The notes beneath the pieces were generated by a model. That model did no database searches and was not told the origin of the DNA. It saw nothing but the letters and a program-made list of their open reading frames with translations. This document shows positions 38,101 to 50,900 of a stretch of 64,000 bases of DNA, piece after piece. Each line of letters begins with the position of its first letter. The stretch's first letter is position 1. The stretch lies in the NCBI GenBank assembly GCA_002633005.1, contig NMRA01000001.1:1814952-1878951 (forward strand), given 5' to 3'. Both the position numbers and the translations under genes were made by a program. This DNA is from Phoronis australis. Lineage: Eukaryota > Animalia > Phoronida.

Positions 38101-41100
38101 TATTTTTCTTTTTCTTTTTGCAGTATGCCATTTTGTTCACAGTTGTAGTGACAATCCTTCTCAAGTATTTGCTTCATTCAGTCGACTTACAGAGTGAAAA
38201 CCCATGGGAGAATAAAGCAGTTTACATGCTCTACTCTGAGCTAGTCTTGGGTAAGTTAAGAATGAGAATCACTGGAAGGTAGATGGAATACTACCTGTGA
38301 TAAAGCATCCATTGGTTTTTGTCTTTTACAGACTTGTCTGTTAAGCCATTGTGTCAAACTGTGATATAGCTTGGTCATTCTTGAACGCCTTTACTTATTA
38401 GAAGGTATAATTTGTTCCTTAAGTAGAGGAAATCATCTCTGCTGAATTAATCAAGTCCAGTCTTAGCATGTCCCTCGCTAATAGTGTGAAACTGCCTGTA
38501 ATTCTTAAAACTACTGTATTGACTGGTCAATTGTATTCTAGTGGGATTCACTTAGACTGGTCCTTCATGATTGTCATAAATTCCTAATATTCGTAATTAT
38601 TTTTTATTTGAATTTTTTTAATCATTTCTGGTCATCCTGCAGTTGTCACTGACTCTTCACTTCTTTTCAGGTAATTTTTTCCATGGTTGTTGTGCTAAAA
38701 TCCCTGCTGTTCACAATCTCTGTTGTTTCATCTCTCAGGTTTCATCAAGGCTGGCCTCTACATGTCTTTCATGATTATCATGATTAAGGTCCATACATTC
38801 CCATTGTTTGCCATAAGACCCATGTACCTCACCATGAGATCGTTCAAGAAGGCACTCAACGATGTCATCCTTTCGAGAAGAGCCATCAGAAACATGAACA
38901 CACTGTAAGTTGACTTCAGTTATGAGTTGTTAATTATAATTGCCTAATAATTAAACGTTCTTTGTAAATGGTCAGTGCAAAACCTTATTACTAGTTTCTG
39001 AGAAATTTTGTAGGGTCAGAATTACCAGTTATTGTTGACTTTAAGAAAGTCTAGGCAAGAATGTGGTATGAGTTTTATATTTGAAAAAGCTTGTTTGTGA
39101 AGGAAGCATTTTCTCGTATCCTTTGTGCATATTTTGCATCAACAAGTTGTTACTTGTCCTTTAGAGTGCACAAGGCTTTGTTACATGCTTCTTCTTACTG
39201 TCGTGAAGCTCTGAAATGTCATGTTTACTTAACTTTGAAACGTTTCCGATAATGTGTAAATAGATCTGAATTTTTGTTATCTGTTGTATCGTACAAATGC
39301 CTTTTTTTTGTGTTATAGACATATGTTGGATGAACTCGTCTTTGTGCATAGCAGCTGTATGACCACACACAAACTGGCTGACTATAATATCATATCACTC
39401 TTATGCTTGTTGACTGTGATTGTCACATGACCTTCTGTGCCCTTGGTTACAGTTACCCTGACGTTACACAGGAAGAGCTTGAGACTGGAGACAATGTGTG
39501 TATCATCTGCCGAGAGGAGATGGTGCCCCCTGGCTGCAAGAAACTGCCATGCAATCACATCTTCCACACCAGCTGCTTGCGCTCCTGGTTCCAACGACAG
39601 CAGACTTGCCCCACGTGTCGTATGGACGTCCTGCGTGGTGCACCACCTGCCAGGCCAACACCAGTGCAACAGCCAGCACCACCACCCCAGCCACAGATGC
39701 CCAATTGTAAGTAACAGGGTGCTCGCTATATCGATTGCACTAAATTTTCTATGGTGATGTTCTTGTCTATTAACCATCTGGATATTTAAAGTGTGGGATG
39801 CGTTCTATAGTGCAAGTTTCTTGCAAGTTTGGAGAGATCACACAAGATGACGTTAGTGAAAAGCATTGGTTTCGTGAGTAAGCTCACCAACAAATACCAG
39901 CAAAATGTCCACCACTGAAGTGATGGAATAGTGAGGTGGGCGTGCTGAATTATGTGAGAAAATTCACCGTTTCCTTTCTCGCCTCAACCGAGATCTCTCA
40001 ACGCAAGGTTTCAGAATTTGTTGTAGAATGTTCAACTTGAGACATCACGAGTTGAACAACAGGAGCAGTGTGCTGTCACACGTCACCGTTGCTTTTAACG
40101 TCGAGTGGCTATCAAACATATCCAGTGTATAACTTATAAAGCACGACGTTTTGAAAAACCCACCCCTGTTTCATTTGTTGTAAATGTACTAACCTTGGTG
40201 TAAAGTTCAACATAGGAATGTTTTGACTTGCTGTCTGAGCCATTATGTTACTCAAATGTTAACCTGTGCATTGTTTTGCTGCAGTCCCAGGAATGTTCCC
40301 AGGCTTTCCCAACCAGTTCCCTGGCTGGCCTCCAGCAGCCTTCCCACAAGTACCCCCTCAGCAAGCTGCGGGTAAGTGATATATATGTGTGTATGTTTCT
40401 TGTGCGTATGGTTGTGCGTTTTAATGAGACTGTGTAATTTGTAAATGAAAATGTATAAAATAGATGGGTATTCTTGTATCTTTGTGCTTTCTTTTGTTTG
40501 TGTTTTAACTTCATAGTATGTTTTGTTAAAATCAGGTAACTATTGCTTAAAATGTTCATATTTTATTAAGGTTTTTGCCATCTGCATTTGTCTGTTTTCG
40601 TCATTTTATTCATAAACTTTTAATCAGTAACAGCACTTTCTTTATATTTTCTCACTGGCCTGTGTTAATATTTGTGCATTGGCACTGTTGATAAAGCAAG
40701 ACAAAGTATCAAATGTAGATTGTTGCGTGGATGGAAATTTTAACAGAACTTAGTGGTTCAACTCAAACGTGAGTTGGTATGAGTTAGTGTTTTGCAGAAT
40801 GGAAATGAGCATCAGTACGGTCATTTGTCGAGTGAGATGAACTTTCTACGAAAACACTATCAGTTACTGTTTTATGTTTGTTTAATGCCTTGAAAAATGT
40901 TTTTGAAAACACGTCCACAGGTTGACGCATTCATTCCGGCTTGGTTGTGTGCATCTAACTGACTCCAGCAATCTCTCAGAGTTGTCCTGCAATATTTGTT
41001 CAGAACTATTGTTCGCCGTGTTTGCAGTCAAATAAGACACACACACATTATTTATTTCACCTTTGAGACATTTGGTCTATCATGGATGACATTCTTTCTC

Positions 41101-44072
41101 ATAATATGTTAAAAGTCTGCTAGTGCGCACCAGGGTATGTCTTGCAAGGGCTGAATTGAAGAGTGCTTGAAAGTCTCAATGCCTAAGAAGTCTGTATATT
41201 ATTTAACTTATATGAATGTGATTTATGCCAGGCTGGTGGAATACACATAGACATTCACTCTCTGTATATCAATAGGTCAAACCACATCTACAACTGCCAG
41301 CACTACGACCTCGCCAACGCAGACATCATCCACGAGTACCCCCACTTCAACAACGACAGCCACGGGGACTACAGCGACACCTGGTACCTCAGCCGGTATT
41401 CCTGGATCCGTCCCGGGCAGCATACCTCCTCCATTCCCACCCACTGGCATGCCTCCGTTCATGCCTCCTCCATTCATGTTCCCTCCCCCTATGATGGGTA
41501 AGCAGAGCAAAATAGACATTTGTGCATGAATGCAACATATAATTTGAATTCTGGAAGTGTTTTTTTTTGTATTTTTTATGACTCACGACACTTTCAGATT
41601 AGAGTCAACAAGTTTTTGTGCTCGTTATATTTTATTTGTAAGCCAGCAATCAGCAATCTCTCGTTGTACAATCAGAATGCCAGATTCTGTGCTTATGAAA
41701 ATGTACACTGCTTGCATAAAATAACTTTGTTTATGTTATCATTTTATAATGTACTGCCTATGACCTTGAAAAGTAATTTCCACATATATTTTTCTTTCGT
41801 GTAGGCATGATGGCGCCTGTGCCGCCGATGCCCACACCCGACTTTACTGGTCTAACAGATGAGGAAGTGCGGGCCCTAGAGGGTGGGGAGAGGCGTCAGG
41901 TAGAGGCAAGAGTCAAGTGCCTCAAGAACATCCAGGTGCTTCTAGATGCGGCTATGGTGCAGATACAGCAGTACACCAGTGTAGTGACTGCTCAGGGGTA
42001 GGTGAACCCTTGTGCTGGGGGTGTGGAGATGAGCACCCAGAGGGGTTGTTGGGAGGTGGTCATTCAGAGGCTGATGCAGTCATGGTGCATTACAGTGCGC
42101 CTTGTTTGTAACGTTCTCTCGCTTATGACATTCCATTCCACAAATCCGAAGCCAGTTTGATCTTATTACAGTTAACTTTGGTTACAGAAAATTTAGAGAA
42201 GTCTTGGGAGTTTCGTTGTAACACGGATTGACTGTAGATAGGTGATTGCTCAGGGCATGGTGGGACATGTTGGAAAAGTCAGAACTCAGTGGTCGATTGG
42301 AGATTGCTCAAGCTACTATAGTTGGATGACCACCCATTGTTTGATGGATGGCCATTTTGAAAGAGGATTTCTTCTTTTTGGTTTCAACTTCCTCTTATTT
42401 GATTTCCTCTTTCCTCTTATCTGTCCCTTTTTTATCATTATTTTGATTTTGTTCATGTAAAAACTTTATATCAGTTAAGTTTTACAACACAAAAAATATT
42501 TCTTTCTCACAAGCGTATTTATTTGTGGAATGATACATCACCTGGAAAATTTTCCTCTTTTTTCGTCATTGGTCATTCCGAGCCCTGATTACACATTGGT
42601 AACTGAAACTGGGACTTAAACGGCCACCGTGTTGTTTAACTTACATTTTGTGATAGTGTCATCACCTGTTACTGAAAACTAGTCAAAACTCATTTTTGTT
42701 ACAGAATATTTAGCATATGGGAAACTTACATAGTGTCGCGCATGCCACATTTTATTAAGAAAACTTCAATGAGATAATTTGTATCATTTCAGAATGCCAG
42801 GCATCAATGTGTCAGGCACCGAGTCATTTACTAGTAGCGCTTCAACTAAAGAAGATCTGAATTTACCCAAGCCAGGAACTCATAGTCCAAAAACAGAGGA
42901 AAGGCCGTTGTTTGATTTAGGTGAAAATGATACAAGTAAGTATACTAATTTAAATCTTGAGTATTGTCACCTAGGTGTCAAACTTAAAAGGAATAGGCCT
43001 GTGGTTAAACGTCCTTCAAGTATGATTTGAAATGTCTGATCCATGATGACAAATTTCATACCAGTAGCGAGTTTTACAAATAGGCAAATTAGTAGGTTCA
43101 CGCCAACTAACGTCTTTAACAGACAAGTTCGATGAGTTGATTTGTGTCAGTGGTAACTATTGGCAAGTCGTTATGATCCGTCTATTTCCTTTTTGAGTTA
43201 ACTAAAGACCCTGAGTTAGCAAAAGAGTGGCTCTCGTTCATCAAAGTGATTCTTTTTTGGGATTGTCCTTAGCTGAGTTTGTGTTGGATGTCAGCAACTT
43301 GTCTTGATATTAGTGTTCTCAGATGACAGCAAGAGCCGGTGATGGTGGGATGCTTCAGATGCCATTTTATATGTTGTATGAAGGCGTATGTTTAGTTAGT
43401 GTCTTAAAGGGTCGAACTGGTTAGAGCTGAGCACACGTGGCAAGTTTTTGGATATTGCAGGCTTTGACGGTTGTTACATATTTTTGTTTCAGTTTGTTTA
43501 TGTTCCAGTGTGAAACGGTATATTAGTTATTCATTGTGCTGTCCTTGCTTGCGCTGCATCATACTGCTTTGAGGTTATGACTAAAATTTCATGAAACATG
43601 GAGCAAGGGCTGTGATCTATGCATTTAACAATTTTAGCATCTACTTATCTTTTAAGGAGATTTTATTATGTAACTATTCTAAGTGATTTGATATCTGCAA
43701 CGATTACTGCATTTGAATATGAACTATATATTTTCAGTGGCAATTCAGTCGATCAATTATGTTTGTACTAGGGCTGTATTTTAATGTCATAAAACTAATT
43801 GAAGTAGTTTGTGTTGCTGCAGTTAGTTTTTGGGTGTTATATACATTAGCACCTTAGCTGTTGCCATAATATTGTCTAACCATTGCTTTCTTACAGTAAT
43901 TGAACTTTTTTCAGACAGTCCCCTAGAGGGTGCTGTAGGCTATACGCCTCCAGAAGAGGTCAGGGCAGCAATAGATGACTTAGAAGGAGAGGAAGAAGAG
44001 GGTGACGAAAAAAACGAAATACGGCGGAGGCGGTTACAGAGGTTCTCGCAAAGCGAGTTGTCCTCTACGTGA
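32173..44072 (+). CDS. SYVN1: E3 ubiquitin ligase HRD1/synoviolin (ERAD), 13 coding exons, ~625-631 aa
   Basis: Exons 32173-32301, 34288-34380, 35737-35889, 36359-36407, 37353-37456, 38124-38250, 38739-38904, 39453-39706, 40285-40371, 41276-41497, 41805-41997, 42793-42935, 43915 (or 43897)-44072. Motifs: KKQFYPSVVYITKS, FFGQLRAAEMEHLIERSWYAVTETCLAFT, RING-H2 CIICREEM..CNHIFHTSCLRSWFQRQQTCPTC, Pro-rich region, LTDEEVRALEG..VEAR, C-terminal EIRRRRLQRF. Confidence 0.97.
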
Positions 44073-44531
44073 AACCTTTTTGTCACTTTAGTTCGACTCG
44101 TGGACATGAATTTCCATTAGCTTGTGAGAAACATACACCACACCAAAATCTCTATGTGACAGCATTGCATTATACTAGCCCACGAGATACCATTCAACTA
44201 GGGAACTGGGGATGACTTTTGAACGTTCATGTGCTGTTCATGGGGTTTATGTAAGATATCATGTGGGTAAACCAACTTTAAACCCGAAGTAACTAGTGCT
44301 TGAAGATTTTAAATCGGTGATTGGCTGATATCAGAGGATAAAAATCAAAAGTAACTGCCATTTTTGCTATTTGATGAAATTTGTTGACCTCTATACCCTG
44401 TACTGTTACTATCTGTTGACTGATAACCAATAATAGAATTTAATGTAATGTTGCAATCGTGAATGTGATGTTGCAATGAAAATTTTATGATGGATAGCAA
44501 ATTGGCTTTCTCCTTGTGTATCGCAGTTATA

Positions 44532-44750
44532 CAGGGCTTGGAATTTTTCTCTTTAAGAGGATTTCCTCTTTTTTGGTTTCAATTTCATATTTAATTTCAG
44601 TTTTCCTGTTTTTTCTTCTGTTTCTACTATTTTGACTTTAGAGAACCAGCAAACATTTGTTGCAAACAAAATTTACAACACATAAGCTGTTTGTAGAACG
44701 ATACATCACCTGGAAAACTTTTCTTTTTGTCATGGTCATTCTAAGCCCTG
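44532..44750 (+). mobile_element. hAT-like MITE in the HRD1 3'UTR; family copies at ~42251-42587 and ~63785-63990
   Basis: cagggcttgg...ctaagccctg with GTTATA on both flanks; shared core aggatttcctcttttttggttt...atacatcacctggaaaa..gtcattggtcatt in all three copies. Confidence 0.7.
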
Positions 44751-47451
44751 GTTATACTTTGTCAGGGCCACCGCAGACAGACAGTTGTGAGTTAAGCTGT
44801 GTGCCTCTAGTGAAAGTTACTTCACGTCATTATTACCCACGCACACCAAGGCAAAATGCTCTCCGACATACAGTCCTAGTAAATGGCGTAAATTTAGGCT
44901 GCACGGTGACAATGAACCAGTGAGGGATTTGTTGTTGTCTGGTTATGCAATGCTCCGCTCGCCCTCGTGCTGTGAGGATTTACACTCGCCAGGTAAAAGA
45001 AATCCATCAAGTGAGAGATTTGCTTTGTGGCCTGGCGAGGAAAAATTCTCATGGTTCAAGTTGCCACTGACATTTGCATTCAAGGCTCGAAGCTCTCTGT
45101 GCTGACCCTTAGGTTTTGGTCATGGTGCATATTTAAGTCTATAAAATGTTTATTTGGTTTGTTGCTGTTCAGATCAATTTTTTATGTTGCTATGTGTACA
45201 ATTCATAATGAATTGTAGGTTTGCCTCAAAGCGGGTAATAAACACTTACTGAGGTCCCACATTTTGAGAACCATTTTTTCCATTGAATAACAGGCATCAA
45301 ACTGATTCTCAAAATGTATCAAGTTGCTCATCATCATTTTTACTTAATGCTTAAGTGGTCTTGAAAAAGTGGCCATGGCGGGTCTATACAGAGAAAATCT
45401 GGTTTAATTTGAAAATTTGACATATTACTTCTTGTGTTCTAAGTAAAATAATTAGTTCACTCTGGGCTTTGTTGCTAAAATCAGGATTTGATTTTGTCAT
45501 CAAGCTTTTGTTATGTCCCGTGTATATTTTACAGTAGAAAATAAATTTATTATTTTCTAGCAAGAGCATAAATTATTGTTTATTGATGTACAGAATATTG
45601 AAGAACCCACTAATAAAACTGAACTGTTTCACTTCAATGGTCTTTTTAATAAACAGCAATTACATTGCACATGGTAAAGATGAGTAATACTTAAAATACA
45701 AAATACATCAATGTCGCTGTTGTAAAACATTACAAAAATAAAACCAAATTATCAACATGACAAAATAATTTGAACTTGTTTAAGGTCATACTTTTTCAAC
45801 ACCTCAATGCTTCTAAAGAAGACTGCCTTTTAGATGGAGTTGTGATAAATAAAAGCATTGAAGGTATTGGGTATTACGCTTTTAATTGCTGAACATGTTC
45901 AAATCTGCAGCTTATCAACTAAAGGTCATCTTGAGTATCAGAGGCTTGACTTCTATGTGAAGCATTATGTTGAACAGTTTAATTACAAAGTTACAACCAA
46001 GAGGGAATTCCTTGTCTATTTGGAAACATTTTAACCCTTGAAACCAAAAATTTTAAAATCCTTGGACACCAAGAAAAAAATAAGCACAAAACAACCCTGG
46101 CCATTTGTAGTTGCATGTTTTTTTCCAAAAATCGCTTTTTAAGGATATCGCTATTAATTTCGAATTCTGTTTATTCTTTTGGGTACAAAAGCGTTTGTGG
46201 CACTTTCTTTTTTAAGCAGCACATAATTAAGACAACATTTCGGGTAAATTTCAAGCTAAGAGGCCAGATATGCTTTTGTAGATAATGGATTAACGGTACT
46301 TGCAAGTTTCGTGTACAAATGTTCAGGTTTGTGGAGCTGCCAGCAACCTTAGGAAAAATAGTGTTTTATAAAAAACTTCAAACATTCGATTATTATCTTT
46401 GTGCACGCGTTTCTGTGCTTGCCAAACGATACTAGAAACACATGGCTTCACGGATTAAATCTTATTATTTCAGAGAACATTTGAAAAATGTGACCTGTGA
46501 TTCAAGTCTGAATGGAACTTGTCTACTTCATCATTTTTGTCCAATAGTTTCAGAAACAAAGTTAAAAGGGGGAAAGCATCCATTTTGATGTATTATACCT
46601 TTTGATAAAAGTATACATCCCCCGTTATCTTGGCAGATATGTTTCCGTTTAATTCTGCTCCCTTGGTGGAACAGAAGAAAAAGACGTAAATAGTTCAGCA
46701 AAGCACACCCTTATTGGTTCTGCACTCACTTCCATTGACCGAACACGAATGACCGACACAGACTATGTCCAACAGCAGGTAGGACATTGTGTTTGATCAA
46801 TGAAAGGGATATGCAAAATTGGTTAATACACTACACTTGTCGTTATTAACCATCTTTATTCCGTTCCATTCATATCCTCGGAACAAAGTTCGACACTCAA
46901 CAGAATATTGGTGAAGCAACTGACCAAGAGACATGATTAAAAGACACACAATATTTCGAAACATACTTCTTTTCAAGCAATTTTTCACACAGGAAAACTT
47001 GCTCCCGCAGTACAGCCAATGAAAGGGAACATAGAGACAAGATGTAAACTTACTGCTGGACTGTTCACCTCACTTTCTATTGTTCCACCGACAGTAAATA
47101 CACACCATGGTTAAAGCAATCAATACGGTAAAGGTATCTCCCAAATCTGTATGTTAAGAACATTGAAAACAATTGCTTTCCCCAATATAAGTCACCAAAG
47201 TCCACGAAGACCATGACAAAGTCAGAAGGTTGTAATTTCACTAAAGGGTCTCATTTTGCTAACAAGTTTCATTTAAACCTTTTATCGTATGCTTCATATA
47301 AGACCACATTACAATTGCACAGAGACCAACACTTGGTTTGTCCATAGTGATGGATAGGACCTTAAGTTTTGGCACATAGTAACGAGGGTGAAAGAAACCA
47401 AGCAAGATGAAATCTGATGGGTATTATAAACACAGTGTCACAGTAGTCCTG

Positions 47452-47836
47452 GGCCCGGTCTCTAATCTTTGTACTCGAAACGAACTCGAAAGTATTTTTG
47501 GCAATTTCTCTGCTCCTTTTGAGCAAAATTAAGATAATTGATCAGACTGTGCTCGAATACATTATAGTTTATGCATAGGAGTTTCTAGTTCAAGTTTGCC
47601 CTTGAAGACCCTTATACTCGTGCTACAAACACGAGTAAAAACTCGAAATTTCGAGTTCAAACTCGAACTTATTGCTTTAATATTGGGTTTTACAAAGTGT
47701 GAACTAAGAGCAATAAATTATCTACGTAAGTTATTGTGTACTTGAGCACTTATCTTGAGTTCGCCCTAAAGTAGAGTAGAAAATGCCAAACCTAATTTCG
47801 AGTTCCATTTCGAGTAAAAAGATTGGAGACTGGGCC
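47452..47836. mobile_element. Palindromic MITE (PIF/Harbinger-like, CTG target duplication) in the probable ENDOV 3'UTR
   Basis: Ends ggcccggtctctaatctttgtactcgaaa / tttcgagtaaaaagattggagactgggcc; CTG on both flanks; arms remain similar up to the central ctcgaaatttcgag (47642-47655). Confidence 0.85.
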
Positions 47837-47953
47837 CTGGTGAACACCTTGTGTAGAACAACCTCGGTTCCTTGTACTTGCACTTTCGTCAACCGTTACT
47901 AAAAACTTGAGCTGAGCCAACCAGCGAAGGTGACCAGTTGCCTGATGAGTTAA

Positions 47954-50900
47954 TCACTCATCCTTGAGAGATAAGTTATCTCTCAAGAATTCCCGGGACT
48001 GAATGTCTGCCTGAAAACAGTTAAATGAGACGTCTATTGTGTTAGAACAACTCAATAGTTAAATAAAATAAGATCTCTATTGCGTAAGGTCAACCCCATA
48101 ATAAGATGTCTATTGTGTTAGGACAATTCTAAGCGGGTAAAAGCAAGTGATTTTTTACAGATGGATAAGAAAGCTGCCTACACTGTCTACAAAATGATGT
48201 TTGCAATACAGATGGCATCATTTTTGATAGAAGGTGGTTGAACGAGTGAAGTGCGTTTCATTCACATCTTGTAAAAGTTTATCAGGAAATATGACACTTC
48301 AAACAATCCATAAAAACTCAATGTATGAGGATAGCCTTGTTCCAGCTTCCAATGCACAGATCATGAGGGTGTTTTGCCATTCAGTGACTTTACCAGACGC
48401 AGAGGGTTGTGAGCGTGTGATAACACTGATCTAGCTTCTTTGTTAACTGCCAAGCAAGGTCTTTTGTCTGCTATGACAACAGGCAGGCCAATTATCTACC
48501 AGGCTTATTAAAGACCACGTGTGAACACAGTCAAGCCCCGAGCGAATTAGTACATTTTGAAAGAATAGATTGTCGTAACTTTGGTTTTAGTTAGGTTATT
48601 TTGGCAATTCAAAAACTAAACATGATCACCATTTGACGAGGATTTCAGAAATGCTACTGGTTTATGTTCAAATATGTTATAACTTAACTTTTATTTTTAG
48701 CAGCACAGCCCAGTCAGGCTATATATGATCTTACTGGAGATAAGAGCACTTATCGAACAAAAGAGAGCTGGCCCTCCAACCATAAATGCCAGAATGGAGT
48801 TAATCAGTCATGTAAGATATTGGCTACATGGGTGTTCTTCCCAACTTATTCTTGGGTTATAGAATCGAACAAGTTGGGAGCAACGGGAAAACACTGTAAT
48901 GTTTATTTGGAATTAAGTAATAAAATGCAAGTTGACTAGCCACATAGTTGTTACTTTCACGCCTAAAAAGACTGTACAAAAATTACATCCGCTTTTCGTT
49001 TGTTATTTCGTTATCATTTCATACACAAAGTATCCTACAGGCGATACAAGGTAACACAAAGATAAGTGTACAGTTTGTAGGATAACATTTGTATTACTGC
49101 TGCATATTTAATAACAAACACCAGCACAGAGAGTGAGCTAATAAAAGTGTTGCTGCAACTGAGTGGACAGCAATATGAGGACCAATCCGTGCCCTTGTTG
49201 GGAGGTCCAGACCAGTCTTCGGTGTTAAGTTACTTGACCTCATTTTTAAGACCAATCATGAGTTAAAATAGATTGGTGCCGTCTTGTCTCTAGATATTAG
49301 TCTATGCATGTAGATAACATTGATAAAAATATGTTGTTTACACAAGATTAACATACTTCGAAGAAATGATACTGATTTTCAATCAATAACATTTTGTAAA
49401 AATTTCAATAAAAATATTCTTCTGCACCTTAGTTGAGATTAATGACTGCAAAATAAGTAAAATTCAACCATAAAGATCATACCAAATAAGAACAATGGAT
49501 GTTATTTAAAAAGAGATGTGTTGAAAATGTACACTGACATCAGACTGCATGCTAGCAAAATATCAAGGTTTAGAGAATTTCGACTTACCACTGAACAAAG
49601 AATCTATTCAGTTTTAGCCTATTTTGTAGCACAATGGAGCTATGCCCCTCAGGTCGGAACTTATGGGCAAGGAAGGTTCATAAGATTTTTACTGGTTAGG
49701 TCTGGGTCAGTATTATGCAAGACTTGTATTTTATGCAAAAACAGCAGGGTGGATGTAATTGTTGCCAGATGAGTTACATCACGAAAGCTGTAGTTATGCA
49801 AGAACAGCTAGTGGACTTCAGTTGTCGCCAGACATTCCATGTTGGTTTCAACCTGTAGTTATTTTGAATCAGTATACTGCTTTTATAACATTGATCCCAA
49901 GGGCACCCCAGGGGCAGGGCTTGGTAGAGGCTCATATCGAGATATATTCTCTCGGTCTCATAGTCATCACTCTGATCATTAGTTGTAATCGTTATCTTTG
50001 TTTGAGCTTTCAATGCTGCAACCTCAGTCAATACAGTAGTTATAATTCTGTCAAAGGCATTCATGAGTTGTTTTATTTACTACCACAGGCGCCATCTGCT
50101 GGCCACATCATGCACTGTTATACTACACTACTACAGATCAAAAGGCACAAGTATACAATACAAAAATATTTATTTAATTTATAATTGATTTTCCAATGAC
50201 TCGGGAATCAGTAAGATCAGCATTACTTTCGACAGCGGCAGTAATATGACTCACCTGTCTCACAGGTTCAGGTATCCTAAATTTACAACACCTGCGTACC
50301 ACCCAAAGAGCAGTATCCAAACTGATGTTGTGACCAACAGACACATAGATTGGGTTGGACGACGAATCACAGCTACGGAGAGCCTGAAATACAAAACATG
50401 ACCACATATGAAAGGGCACAAACTTTTTGTAAATGTTACACCGTAAAATAATTGTAAAACATTCATCAGCCATCGCCACAAAGAAGATTTAAATCAGATT
50501 CACAACAAATGACAGCAAGTATGTCATACACATTGATTATGTGTGGGTGATTTTGCCTTTCACGTAGAAAACAACCATTTACGGTAAAGTCGCGTGATTT
50601 TCGGACACTGAAAATTAATTCCAATAGAAAAAATTCATTCTTGGACGAATCTCGCGAAATATCATTTTGTGGTGTCCGAATTTGGCGGACCTCCAAATTT
50701 GGGTTTCCGCTAGTGTCCGAATTTCGTGGGTGTACATTATTTCGATGAGCGGTCGTAGTATCAACAATGCTGGCTCGGTCATTTGATAGCAGTATAATTG
50801 CAGGTAAATGAGACTCAAATGGTCTGAGCGATTAATTTTTGAAAATCTGGCTTTCCCAATAAGAAATGTGCGCCGTCGACGCACAAAGACCGTTCCCAAC

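Noticed and set aside
38296-38367. Two CTGTGATA K-box matches
   Set aside because: They lie in HRD1 intron 6, not a UTR; they also show the 8-mer can cluster by chance, which tempers the Speedy UTR claim
44070-44400. Selenocysteine or readthrough at the HRD1 TGA
   Set aside because: No SECIS-like structure seen, and the protein already ends at the usual position after the RRRRLQ motif
49759-50184. 141-aa ORF in ENDOV intron 6
   Set aside because: Non-ATG start and no recognisable motifs; likely chance
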